Below are positions 13,696 through 25,829 of a stretch of 64,000 bases of DNA, one piece after another. The position numbers and the translations under genes are program-made. Position 1 is the stretch's first letter. The number at the start of each line of letters is the position of its first letter. Source of the DNA: Chiloscyllium plagiosum (taxonomy: Eukaryota); contig NC_057718.1 of the NCBI RefSeq assembly GCF_004010195.1, positions 83,496,503-83,560,502 of the forward strand, given 5' to 3'. Below the pieces are notes generated by a model. It searched no databases. It was given only the letters and a program-made list of their open reading frames with translations, and was not told the origin of the DNA.

Positions 13696-13971
13696 GGCTA
13701 GAATTGCTCGGAAGGATTTAAACTAGTAAAGTGGAGAGGATGGGACCCATGGAGATAGTGAGGAAAGAGATCAGTCTGAAACTGCTAAAGTTGAGAAAAG
13801 GAGCGGGTAGACTTGTTACAAAAGGTCAACAATTATTGTTACAGGAAAGCACTCCCTCATGGTACACGTCATTAGCTCTAAAAACAAAATTTGCCACGTC
13901 AGTAGCCAATCTGCCATAATGCAGAAAGCGTATTGATCTGGGCACTTCATGACTTGAACATCTCAAGCAAA

Positions 13972-15391
13972 TAGAGTCATGGAGATGTACAGCATGAAAG
14001 CAGACCCTTCAGTCCAACTTATCTATGCTAACTAGATATCCCAACCCAATCTAGTCCTCCCTGCCAGCACCTGACCCATATCCCTCCAAACCCCTCCTGC
14101 TCATATACCCATCCAGATGCCTTTTAAAAAGTTGCAATTGTACTAGCCTCCATTACATCCTCTGGTAGCTCATTCCATACACTTACCACCCTCTGTGTGA
14201 AAACGTTGCCCCTTAGGTCCCTTTTATATCTTTCCCCTCTCACCCTAAACCCATGCCCACTAGTTCTGGACTTCCCCACTCCAGGGAAAAGACTTTGTCT
14301 ATTTATCCTATCTATGCCCCTGTTTTAAAAAATTCTCAAGGTCAGGTTCGTAGGAGAGTAGTCTGACACAGAACAAACGACCAAGAGGCGAGTCTGCTAG
14401 AATATGAGCATTTTATTCCCCGCAGCGTCACCACAACCAGGTCTCATACTTACAACGGGTCTGGCTTATACTCACTCTACATGTTACCGGAACTGGGAGC
14501 CGTCAGTTCTCGTAGAGCGGTTGCCAACAACCCACGCTCGGCGGTTAAACGTAACCCCGGAGCAGACTCACCGAACTAGACACTTTTCCAGCTGATATAC
14601 TCTTTTCCAGATATAAACATTCATGTGAACAGCAGAGCAAGGCTAAAAAACACATTCCATTCTGGTTACATACAGATAAGAAGATTCACACGGGGAGGTG
14701 TGTAATAAGATTCACACGGGACTAAGCAACACCATCATTCCGGTTAGATTCACACATGTATTGGGACATAATTTTTAACCGTTTACACCACAGTGGTAAA
14801 TAAGCACTGGTAGGGAGACTGGAGCCAAGTTGCTTGCTCAAGAATTCCTAGTAGGTGCACAACATCTTTCCGATAGGAAGGAGACCAGAATTGCACGCAA
14901 TATTCCAAAAGTGGCCTAACCAATGTCCTGTACAGCCGCAACATGACCTCCCAACTCCTATACTCAGTACTCTGACCAATAAAGGAAAGCATACCAATTT
15001 TCTTCTTCACTATCCTATCTACCTGCGACTCCACTTTCAAGGAGCTATGAACCTGCACTCCAAGGTCTCTTTCTTCAGCAACACTCCCTAGGACCTTACC
15101 ATTAAGTGTATACGTCCTGCTAAGATTTGCTTTCCCAAAATGCAGTACCTCGCATTTATCTAAATTAAACTCCATTTGCCAATTCTCAGGCCAATGGCCT
15201 ATCTGATCAAAATCCTGTTGTAATCGGAGGTAACCTTCTTTGCTGTCCATTACACCTCCAATTTTAGTATCATTTGCAACTTTCTAACTATACCTCTTAC
15301 AATCATGTCCAAACCATTCATATAAATGACGAAAAGTAGAGGACCCAGCACCGATCCTTGTGGCATACCACTGGTCACAGGCCTCCAGTCT
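13972..15391 (-). mobile_element. CR1 (HER1-like) 3' part, interrupted by an LTR
   Basis: ORF 14783-15250: WQMEFNLDKCEVLHFG…RDLGV…[27 protein letters not shown] near 15350; tail tagagtcatggagatgtacagc. Confidence 0.9.
14321..14792 (-). mobile_element. Young LTR, copy 1
   Basis: TG…CA termini; near-identical reverse complement of 17885-18363; CpG-rich; no TSD. Confidence 0.8.
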
Positions 15392-15815
15392 AAAATCTCT
15401 CCTCAACCTTCCTCTTCTCTCAGGGGAGAAACCTTCTCAATTATATACATCTGGTGGCATTCTTATAAATCTTTTTAACACCCACCAAAGGCCACACATA
15501 CTTCCTAAATAGAACACGAAAGCACTTCTAAAACAATATTAAAATCTTCTCATTTTTATTTGAGCTTTATTTATAAGTCCAAGAAACAGATGCATTTTTA
15601 TCCATTTTCTCAATGTATTGTGTACACTCAATGACTTATGCACTGGTCTCCCTGCTCCCTATACCCTGTTTAGAGAATTGTACCCTTCATTCTATATTGT
15701 CTCTTGTCATTCGGACTCCCAGAATGTAACACTTTGAACTTGTTAAAATTAATGTAAAGCCCATTTCATCTTGGATTTTCTCAATGTTAATCATTATCCT
15801 TCTTAGTTCGCAATA

Positions 15816-16044
15816 CAGGAAGTCCCCTGGTTACGAACAAGTTCCGTTTTTTTCCGCTGTTCCTAAGCCAAATTTGTGCTTAAGTTGGAACAGATACGGG
15901 CAAATTAGTCTGCCCATTCATTAGGATGAAACATTATAGGCAACTCAGATTTTTTAAAATAATTCTTAAAAATGAGAAGCCAGAGGTTGATTCCCAAGTA
16001 CGGGACATTCGTAAGTTGGGCGTTCATAACCTGGGGACTTCCTG
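15816..16044. mobile_element. Tigger/pogo-type MITE
   Basis: TIRs caggaagtcccctggttacgaac / gttcataacctggggacttcctg, flanked by TA (15814-15 and 16045-46). Confidence 0.9.
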
Positions 16045-16351
16045 TACTTCCAAATCTTGTGTCATCTGCAAGTTTTGAAGTTATCCTCTGTTATTCTCAT
16101 TCCAGATTTATGCATAAATCAAGACAAGCAGTGATCTTAGTACCAACCCTTTACGTACATAGTGCAAATATCTAGTTAAATGTTCATACATTTTAGAATA
16201 TATGTTTTAGTTTTAGGAATTAAAGTTTTATATGTTAATAAATAGAGAATCTATGTGAGAAACTGATAACCAACCCTGAAGCAGGTGCAATTCAAAACAG
16301 GCTTGGGGTTAATTATATTTAACTTGTAAGGTCAGAGTTGATCCTGAAAAG

Positions 16352-18960
16352 ATCATAAGACAAAGGATCAGAAATGAGGCCATTCAGCCCATTGAGGCTG
16401 CTCTGCCATTCAATCATGGCTGATAAGTTTCTCAGCGCCATTCTCCAGCTTTCTCCCCTTAACCCTTGATCCCCTTGACAATCAGGAACCTATTTATCTC
16501 AGTCTTAAATACATTCAATGACCTGGCCTCCACGGCCTTCTGTGGCAATGAATTCCATAGATTCACCACTCTCCAGCTGAAGAAGTTTCTCCCCCTCTCT
16601 GTTCTATAGGGTATTCGCTTTACTCTCAAGGGTGCCTTCAAGTACTAGTCTCTCCTACCAATGGAAACATCTTCCCAACATCCACTCTGTCCAGGCCTGT
16701 ATTCTGTAAATTTCAATTAGATCCACCCCCGCCCCCCAAACCTTCTAAACTCCAACGGACCCAGAGTCCTCGTATGTTCAGCTTTTCATTCCTCAGACCA
16801 GTCTCGTGAACCTCCTCTGAACATGCTTCAGGACCAGGACAACATTCCTGAGAGTTCAGGCCCAAAACTGCACACAATACTCCGAATGTGGTCTGACCAG
16901 AGCCTTATAGAGCCTCAGAAGTACATCCCTGCTTTTATATTCAAGTCCTCTCAAAATAAATACCAACATTGCATTTGCCTTCCTAACTATTGACTCAACC
17001 TGCAGGTTTACCTTGAGAGAACCCTAGACTAGAACTTCCAAGTTTCTTTGCACTTCAGACTTCTGAATTTTCTTCCCATTTACAAAATAGTCCATGCTTC
17101 TATTTTCCTTATCAAAGTGTACGACCTCACATTTTCCCATGTTGTATTCCATCTGCCACTTCTTTGCCCAGTCTCACATCCTGTTCAAATCCTTCTGCAG
17201 CCTCCCCACCTCATTAATACTATCTGTCCCTCTATCCATCTTTGCATTGTCTGCAAACTTAGCCAGAATGCCCTCAGTTCCTTCATCGAGATCATTAATG
17301 TATAAAGTGAAAAGTTGTGGTCCCAAAACTGAGCCTTGTGGAACACCACTTGTCACCAGCTGAAGTACTCTTTTATCCCTACTCTGTTTTCTGCCAGACA
17401 GCCCTTATCATGCTCAGCAGCCTCCCGTGTAGCACCTTGTCAAAAGCCTTCATGAAGTACAGGTAGGTAACATCCATTGGCTCTTCTTGGTCTAACCTGC
17501 TCATTATTTTCTCAAAGAATTCTAGCAGATTTGTCAGGCATGACCTCCCTTTGAAGAAACCATGCTGACTTTCCCTTATTTTACCATACACTTCCAAGTA
17601 TTCAGAAATGTCATCCTTCAAAATCAACTCCAAAACCTTAGCCACAATTGAGGTTAGCCTGTAATTTTCTGTCTTTTGCCTTACTCCCTTTTTTAAACAG
17701 GGGTGTCACATTAGCGATCTTCCAGTCCTCTGGAACCCTCCCTGATTTTAGTGATTTTTAAAGATCACCACTAACGCCTTCACTATCTCTTCAGCTACCT
17801 CTTTTAAAACTATGGTGTGTCATCCATCTGGTCCAGGTAACTAATCCACATTCAGTTTTTCTAGCACATTCTCCTAGGGGATGGTGTGGTGTAAAATTCC
17901 AAGCAGTGGAATGTGGTGAAACGGTTAAAAATTATGTCCCAATACATGTGTGAATCTAACCGGAATGGAGGTGTTGCTTAGTCCCGTGTGAATCTTATTA
18001 CACACCTCCCCGTGTGAATCTTCTTATCTGTATGTAACCAGAATGGAATGTGTTTTTTAGCCTTGCTCTGCTGTTCACATGAATGTTTATATCTGGAAAA
18101 GAGTATATCAGCTGGAAAAGTCTCCAGTTCGGTGAGTCTGCTCCGGGGTTACGTTTAACCGCCGAGCGTGGGTTGTTGGCAACCGCTCTACGAGAACTGA
18201 CGGCTCCCAGTTCCGGTAACATGTAGAGTGAGTATAAGCCAGACCCGTTGTGGCGACGCTGCGGGGAATAAAATGCCCATATTCTAGCAGACTCGCCTCT
18301 TGGTCGTTTGTTCTGTGTCAGACTACTCTCCTACGAACCTGACCTTGAGAATTTTTTAAAACAGATGGCCACCATATTCAGCTCTGCCCCTCACTCTCTT
18401 GAATTTTTGGGATATTACTCATGTCTTCCATCATGAAAACTGACACAAAGTAATTATTCAGTTCCTCAGCCATTTCCTTGTTCCCCACTACTATCTCTCC
18501 AACGTCAGTTTCCAGCAGCCCAAAGTCCACTTTTGCCCTTTATATAGCTAAAGAAACCCTTACAGTCTTTCTTTATATTACAGGCTAGCTTACACTCATA
18601 TTTAATCTTCTCCCTCATTTATGCTATCCCAGACTGCCTCATCCTCCCTGTACCATACTACTTTTTCCTAGGGATGAATTTTTGTTGTGTCTCCTGAATT
18701 ACTTCCAGAAACTCCTGCCATTGCCGTTCTACTGTCTTTCCTGCTAGACCCCATTCCCAGTCAATTCTGCCCAGCTGCTCCCTTATGCCTCTACAGTTGT
18801 CTTTATTCAGCTGTAATACTGTTACCTCTGATTCTCCCTTCTCTCTCTCAAATTGCAGAATAAATTTGATCATACTATGATTACTACCTCCTAAGGGTGC
18901 CTTCACCTTATACTCCCTTATTGAGTATGCCTCATTGCACAACACTAAATTCAGAATTGT
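16352..18960 (-). mobile_element. CR1 LINE (second subfamily), ORF2 relic
   Basis: Broken ORFs [54 protein letters not shown]. Confidence 0.9.
17885..18363 (+). mobile_element. Young solo LTR, copy 2, 5-bp TSD
   Basis: gatgg|TGTGGTG…TTAAAACA|gatgg; TATA-like agtataag at ~18231 and AATAAA at ~18267. Confidence 0.88.
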
Positions 18961-18961
18961 C

Positions 18962-19692
18962 TAGAAATTATGAAAGAAATGACATGGAAGGAGAATCCAG
19001 AGGTTATTGAAGTCTCCTACACAGACACAAACAGGACAGAGTGTTTGGAAAGGGTTAGCAATCAAACTTCAAGCACAGTAGACAAACGACTGACAATGAG
19101 AAGAGGGATGGTTAGTACAGGACTGACGGTGTTATATCTGAATGCACATAGTAGAAGGAGTAAGGTAAATCAGCTTGTGGCAAAGATCGAAGTTGGCAGG
19201 TATGATACGGTGGGCATTACGGACGACATGGGAATCAGAGCTAGGAGCTGAATATACAGGGATATGCATCCTATTGAAAAGACAGGTGGGCAGAGGGGAT
19301 GGGGTGCCTAATTAGTAAGAAATGAAATTAAATCAATAGTAAAAAATGAATAAGGGTCAGAGGGTGTAGAATCTGTGTGGGTAGAAAAACCATAGTTGGA
19401 GTTATGTACAGGCCTCCAAACAATAGTCAGGAGCTGGGACACAAGATACACCAGGAGATAGAAAAGGGATATAAAAAAGGCAAAGCTACAGTGATCATGC
19501 AGGTGGACTGGGAAAATCAGCTTGGTAGTGGATTGCAAGAAAAGGAATTTGTGGAATGTCTACAAGATAGCTTTGGAGCAGCTTGTGGTGAAGCCCACTA
19601 GGGAACAGAAATACTGGATTTAGTGTTGTGCAATGAGGCTGACTTAATAAGGGAGCTTAAGGTTAAGGAACCCTTAGGAGGCAGTGATCAAG
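18962..19692 (+). mobile_element. CR1 endonuclease region, inverted relative to 16352-18960
   Basis: LTVLYLNAHSRRSKVNQL…DTVGIT; VGVMYRPPN; ILDLVLCNE…EPLGGSD. Confidence 0.85.
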
Positions 19693-19772
19693 ACTTAGAG
19701 ATGTACAGTACGGAACCAGTCCCTTCAGTCCGACCTGTCTATGCAGACCTGATATCCTAAACTAACTTAGTA

Positions 19773-20282
19773 CTGGATGTAGGTTTGCTCGCTGAGCTGG
19801 AAGGTTCGGTTTCAGACGTTTTGTCATCATTCTAGGTAACATCTTCAGTGAGCCTCCAGACAAAGGACTGCTGATGTTTCCTGCTTTCTATTTTGGGGTT
19901 TCTTTGGATTGGTGGTGTCATTTCCTGTGGTGATGTCATTTCCTGTTCTTTTTCTCAGGGGGTGGTAAATGGGGTCCAAGTCAATTTGTTTGTTAATAGA
20001 GTTCTGGTTGGAATGCCATGCTTCTAGGAATTCTCATGCATATCTCTGTTTGGCTTGTCCTAGGATGGATGAGTTGTCCCAGTCGATGTCACCATAGGAA
20101 ATGACATCACCAATCCAAACATATAAATAGAAACATGAAACATCAGCAGTTCTTCGTCCGGAGGCTCACTGAAGATGTCACCTAGTATGGTGACGAAGCG
20201 TCTGAAAATGAACCTTCCAGCTCAATGAGCAAACCTACATCCAGAACCTCAACCTGAGCTACAAATCTTCTCAAAACTCACT
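19773..20282. mobile_element. Penelope-like element family C (Poseidon-like), inverted pLTR pair with endonuclease tail
   Basis: Arms 19773-19935 and 20087-20245 are reverse complements; minus frame DWDNSSILGQAKQRYA*EFLEAWHSNQNSINKQIDLDPIYH; hammerheads in both arms. Confidence 0.85.
20166..20205 (+). ncRNA. Minimal type I hammerhead ribozyme motif (A15.1 mutated to G)
   Basis: tca-CTGAAGA-t-gtcacc-tagtat-ggtgac-GAAG-cg-TC-tga; 6-bp stem II, 3-bp stem I. Confidence 0.7.
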
Positions 20283-20919
20283 AAAACCTAGCCCCATTTG
20301 CCAGCACTTGGCCCATATCTCTCTAAACCCTTCCTATTCATATTCAACCACAGCTAACCCATTTCCAGAACTTGCAGTAGAGCCAGGGAATCTATCTTTA
20401 CTTTCATCAAAAGAAGTTGAAGTAATCGAGAAAGGAGAGTTGTAAACTTAATTAGAAATACATATTATTCATAAATTCCTCAGAATCAAGGAAAACCAGA
20501 ATTATAAAAAGGTAAGGAATGCGCATGCCCTAGTGAAAACAAGTCGTGTGTCACATGCTACTGAAAGCCACTCGAAGTGGAGCCTGGATGACAGAGTTCT
20601 TTTATTTATATCTGTCTGTGCATTTGCTGGCAGAAACCTAACTTTTAGCCCATTTACTGTCATAACCACCAAACTTATTACTGACATTTCCAGCATCTTG
20701 ATCTTTGGATAGGACAGATGCAAAGCACTCATTATTACCTCAGCTATAATCTCTGCCTCCATGTGGGACACAGAGAAGGAAAGAGAAAGACTAATGACAT
20801 TACATCAATCTGATCAATTAACTCTCTCTCCACAGATGCTACCCTGCCTGATTATTTGCAGCCTTTTTTCTCCCATTTCATTTCACTAGAATATTGGAAA
20901 GGAACTGGCTCCCTCCAAG

Positions 20920-21963
20920 CTTATGGTGAGTTTAGACTGCAAAGAACAGATGCACCACTCCTGAGCAGGGAATAACTGAACAAGTCTCTCTAACTTGTCA
21001 CTAGCTGCAAGCTACTCAGTTACTCAAAAGCCAATCACACAGTTGTGGGCAGGCAAAAAAAGTCTCTGTCATCCATCAATGGACTAATGACCAATTATCA
21101 AATCAACTACTTGTTACCAGCAAAATCTGCATCAGTATATTCCCTCAGCTCCAAAATATTTGCAACTATACAGTTACTGCTTGTTCAAATAGTCATTTAC
21201 ATGATGCATGGCATGGGGGTCATATTACTTTTCAAGACTGCAGCCGCTCTCTCAAACACTAGATTTTAACAGTTCACTCATTCTACATTCGAGGTTTTGA
21301 AAACAGAAAACAAAAAAGACACAGTCCTTACATAACAATCAGATGATTGGTTCTCAGGTAAATGAATAACCTGTGACTGGGAACAAGATACGCAGAAGTG
21401 ACCAGATTTCCACCAGCTCAGGAATTGTCTCTCTGCTCTCTCTCTAGTCAAAACTTTAAACCTGAAGAAAGCCAGTTTATCTTTCCTTCAGCAGTTCCTG
21501 TAAGCTGTGACCCTTAACTGATAAGTCAGAGACCATTTACAAGTGAACCAGTCAGTTATGTCACTTGCAAACAAGAGAAAGCATTCAGAAAAGGAAGGTC
21601 AAGAAGAAATCTTTGATCAGCAAGAACAAACTCAATAGATCTTGTGAACAAAGACACTCAACTGCTTTCTCAATTTTCCCTCCCCATCTGCATCTAAATG
21701 AGTGTAAGAGGAAGTTTATAAAGGGGATTGGTTTTAATTAGTCGCGTTATTTTCCAACAGTTTAAAACTCTTTACCTGTAGAGTCTAATTACTTGTATTA
21801 AACAGCAATTCTTGTTAAGAACAGAAACCTGGTCCATACCTGTTAATCAACCTGAGTCTCAAAATGAGGTAAATTGGTGAACCTTTGTGTGCTTGAGAAG
21901 ATTCTGGGAAAAGCTGAGTTTTATTTCCAGCAGTAGAGTCAAGACACTTTCCAACCCATAACA
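20920..21963 (+). mobile_element. Possible old LTR
   Basis: Ends ..cccataaca like 43836-44863; start and TSD not resolved. Confidence 0.35.
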
Positions 21964-23623
21964 TATGTAATTCCAAACTCAAAATAGCATTCACTATTAA
22001 CTACAAATGAAATCTCAAACCTGCAAAAGCTTCAACAAAACATTTTAAATACAACACAAAGAATTCACCTTAGGAAAGGGAATTGCTAAAATTTCTTCAA
22101 ACACCATTGATCACTGCTCACCGAAAGTCTGACAACTCATAACACAGAAGGAACAGACAAAACTGTAGTGAATTTCTACTGTAGATAGCATATCCAAACG
22201 ACAGACTTTGTGAAGGAACTGACACATACTTGTGAGCAAATGTCACTACATATCTCTATTACATACTGTCACAAATTTTAATAGCTTTCCAATTGTACTT
22301 TATGCTGCTAAATGGACGATTAGACTAACTGGAATCAAGTTCAAGAGAAACTTGAGCTGCTTTTACACCCTTTGTTAAATGCAACTGACAATTCAAAGAC
22401 TGGACAGCCTTTTTCCCCCCGCTCAGGCAGAAACTTAAACTCCAACTTCATAAGTAATCACATCACCCCCAAACAAGAATACAATTTGGCAATGCTAAAA
22501 GCATATATCTCAAATAATCAGGACTATTTAACAAAATACTGAGCAAGAGAAGTTACGAATTTCAATATCAATGTTCAGCAGCATACAAGATGCATGCAAG
22601 TCAACCTTTCATTAGCCACAACAGGCATTTGCATTAAGCCTCAATCTTTCCACCCCATAAATACATGCTTTACTTACCAGTACCTTATAATTGAGTACAA
22701 GGAATAAGCCAGGTGAAATGGGTTGCATTGCCAAGATGCATAGGAGTTTAAGTCAGTCACTCTTCGTATAAAATGCCAATGACATTTCAAATATTCAAAC
22801 ACCCATGTCACTGGTACATGCATATAATGGAAATAAGAGTCAACTCTCCTATTGGAAGGGAAATTTTGGCTTCAAAAGACAACTTGCGTGCCATGATCCA
22901 AGTTACATAGCCATTTGTTTCCATTAAAGAAGATGACAACACAAAACAGATGCAACTTATGTTTGAAATTACCCCTTAAGTGCCTGCTGACTTCTCATTC
23001 AAGATCACATGAATTCTCAAGCAGCAAGTCCTGAATCTTGGCCATCCTGTCACAGAGAATGCCAAATAAGGTCTGGCACCATCATGGACACAAGTGGAAA
23101 AATAAAGTTTCTCTCAAGTCTCCAAACAGATGAAAAGAATGGTTACATGACAAAAATGAAATTGGGACATGGCAAATAAACTTGAAGACTGTCATTGTTC
23201 CATTGCCCAATCTCTTCTTTTCCTATTACCATCTTCATCCTTGCTGTCAGTTAAAATGATTTCTGTCTTCCATCCTAGAAATCAAATCCCAAGCTCAGTC
23301 CTCACTTAAATGATTACCAGATCTTCACCTTTTGTCAATCTCAACAAAAAGCCATCGACCTGAAACATTAAACATTGCTCACCACTGATGGTGTCTGAAT
23401 TTTAAGCATTTTTCAGGGTTTTTTTGTTTTTAATCCAACAATTTTATGCACATAGCTTGTTTTTATTCCCCCTTGAAAAGTGATTTTGTAAAAAATCAAC
23501 TATAACACTCAAACAAATATACAACCACTCAAATTTCATTTGACTGGATTACTTTTTCATATCTTTAGCACAACAAAAAGTTCATCTTTTAGTTTTAAGG
23601 TTGTTAGTGCATTACTGGAAAAA

Positions 23624-23767
23624 TCTTCGAGGAGAAAGTGAGGACTGCAGATGCTGGAGATCAGAGCTGAAAATGTGTTGCTGGAAAAGCGCAGCAGGTC
23701 AGGCAGCATCCAAGGAACAGGAGAATCGACGTTTCGGGCATAAGCCCTTCTTCAGGAAGCCCTTCCT
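23624..23767 (-). mobile_element. PLE-derived repeat family A with intact hammerhead, 14-bp TSD
   Basis: TSD cattactggaaaaa at 23610-23623 and 23768-23781. Confidence 0.9.
23724..23758 (-). ncRNA. Minimal type I hammerhead ribozyme, intact core
   Basis: Minus strand ttc-CTGAAGA-a-gggc-ttat-gccc-GAAA-cg-TC-gatt. Confidence 0.8.
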
Positions 23768-25424
23768 CATTACTGGAAAAAGGTTAGCCCCAGCTCTGAA
23801 AAGGAGTCATAATGGACATTAGCTATGTTTTTCTCTCCACAGACGCTGCCAGATTAGTTACATTTCCCCAGGATTCTTGGTATTTGTTCCAGATTTCCAA
23901 CATCCGCAGGTTAGCTGGTTAACTCAAATGACTAGAGAGCTGACACGTGGTTCAAAATAAAACTAACAGTGTAGATCTGATACCCATTCCAGCTAAGATA
24001 GACATGTAACCTGCCTCCTTGCTCTGACCCCTGAGATAGGTAAGCAATGGAACTAACCACAGATTGCCAAATACTCAGCTCAGGATGAAATATCAAGACA
24101 ACAAGCTAAGGGCCTGCCTTCAGACAGAGGACAACATGAAGAAATTTATTGTCATGGCATCCGGTGTACAATTATCCTTTGCCAAAATAAAATACAAGTA
24201 GAGAAAATTAATGTGATTTAGCAGGAAAATTTCACATACTGAAACTTTTCTTTGGTATGAAATCTGAAAAGCAGGGATAATAACAACTACCTTTCAGGTG
24301 AAAGGATCTTTCCTGTGACAGCCAATTGCTAAAGAAAACAAAGACTCTTTCTTTAAAATTAATGGTCTTAATCAAGGGACGGAATCTCAATAGTGTATCA
24401 GTACATAATTCAACTGTGCAGGATATTAGAACTGAACCGAATCTGATGACTTTCCAAGCTCATGCGATTTACATCTGATGACATTTTGTGGCATCTCCAC
24501 AAGATTGGTTGCGATCATGGATCAACCAGGAAATTTCATGACTTGTCTACTTAAAATAGGAAGATTTTAACCTCCAAATGAAGACAGAAGAAAGTAATCA
24601 CATTTAAAATGACATTGACTAACTTATTAGCAAGCATGAAGCCTCCAGCCAATAATACTTCTTTGCAACACAGCTATATGTTACAATTCGACATCTGGAT
24701 ATTCATTGCAAAGTTTGTCCCTGAGGTACAGCATTTGGATGACTCACATAAAACTAGCCCTTCACAAATAAGTTGGATCAAGATCTTATATTCTCTTTAG
24801 CAAAATAACATGGAATGATAGATACGGCTCAAAACTTGCATCATGGAATAATCTCTGACCCTCAATTAATAGTTAGTCTACATCCCTCTTTTAGAAGGAC
24901 AGGGAAGGTGGTAAAGAAGAAATAACATTAAATGGATCACAGTTTTTCAAACACTGTGAAGTTACCCAGTTACACTCATTCTCCCAGGAATATCAAGAAC
25001 TGCATTTCAATGAGGCGATGTAAAATGGTGCCATCTTTAGATATTGGTCCTTGATTTTGACAAGGAAGTTGAATTATGTTTTAGATGACACATGAAACCC
25101 AAATTCTATTGTTTAGCTATGCAAGTGGACAAAACAAAACAGGTTCTATGGCACTCTTTGCAGATAATCGAGGAATTCTTTCAGCGGCCTGACCAACATT
25201 CAACCCCTACCAATCACCACAGACATAATTTGGCTTTTACCGGTGTCACTGGAAGGTAATTTTTCACTCTTGTTTATTAGTCTATTAATCTCTTTGTAAA
25301 TAATATTCCTCAAAAATGAATAAAGTAATTTCAACAAAATTGGGTACACACATATGGGAAAATGAATTAGTTTTGGAAAAAGCTATAGATCTTGATCCAG
25401 GAAAATTAATTTAAGTATCCATTA

Positions 25425-25655
25425 ACATTGGGAGAAATTGCTAGAAAAGCTCAAAATCTGTGGAGAGAAATCAGAGTTAATGTTTGGGTTGAGTGGCCCT
25501 TCCTCAGAACGTAAGCAACACCAGTTCTGAAGAGGGGTCTCTCGGCCAGAAACATTAATTCCGATTTCTCTCCATGGATGCTGCCAGACCTGCTAAGGTT
25601 TCCCGCAATTTCTGATTTTGTTTCTGATGTAAAGCATCCCCAGTTCTTTCAGTTC
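25425..25655. mobile_element. Palindromic PLE-derived repeat family B
   Basis: Minus gttCTGAGGAagggccactcaaccc.. and plus gttCTGAAGAggggtctctcggccaGAAAcaTTaat, back to back around a ~12-nt spacer. Confidence 0.8.
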
Positions 25656-25829
25656 TCACTAACACTGGGAAATGAAACAGATTGACTTATTTTCAAAAAG
25701 TATAGAATAAAAAATTCTATGCATTGTTCTCTTTAGAAATGTTGTTGCTTATTAACATCGTGGATTGTCTCAGCTGTTGCACTGGAGTTTGTCATTGTCA
25801 AAATATGAACAAAGTTTTCAGAGCAGGCT

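Larger units (their letters stand above)
19696..20346 (-). mobile_element. CR1 3' end split by a PLE
   Basis: tagagatgtacagtacgg…gatatcctaaactaacttag resumes as ctagccccatttgccagcac. Confidence 0.75.

Noticed and set aside
14321..18363. Single DIRS-like or DNA element with long inverted terminal repeats
   Set aside because: The interior is ordinary CR1 and MITE sequence, the CR1s continue past both repeats, and copy 2 has its own TSD
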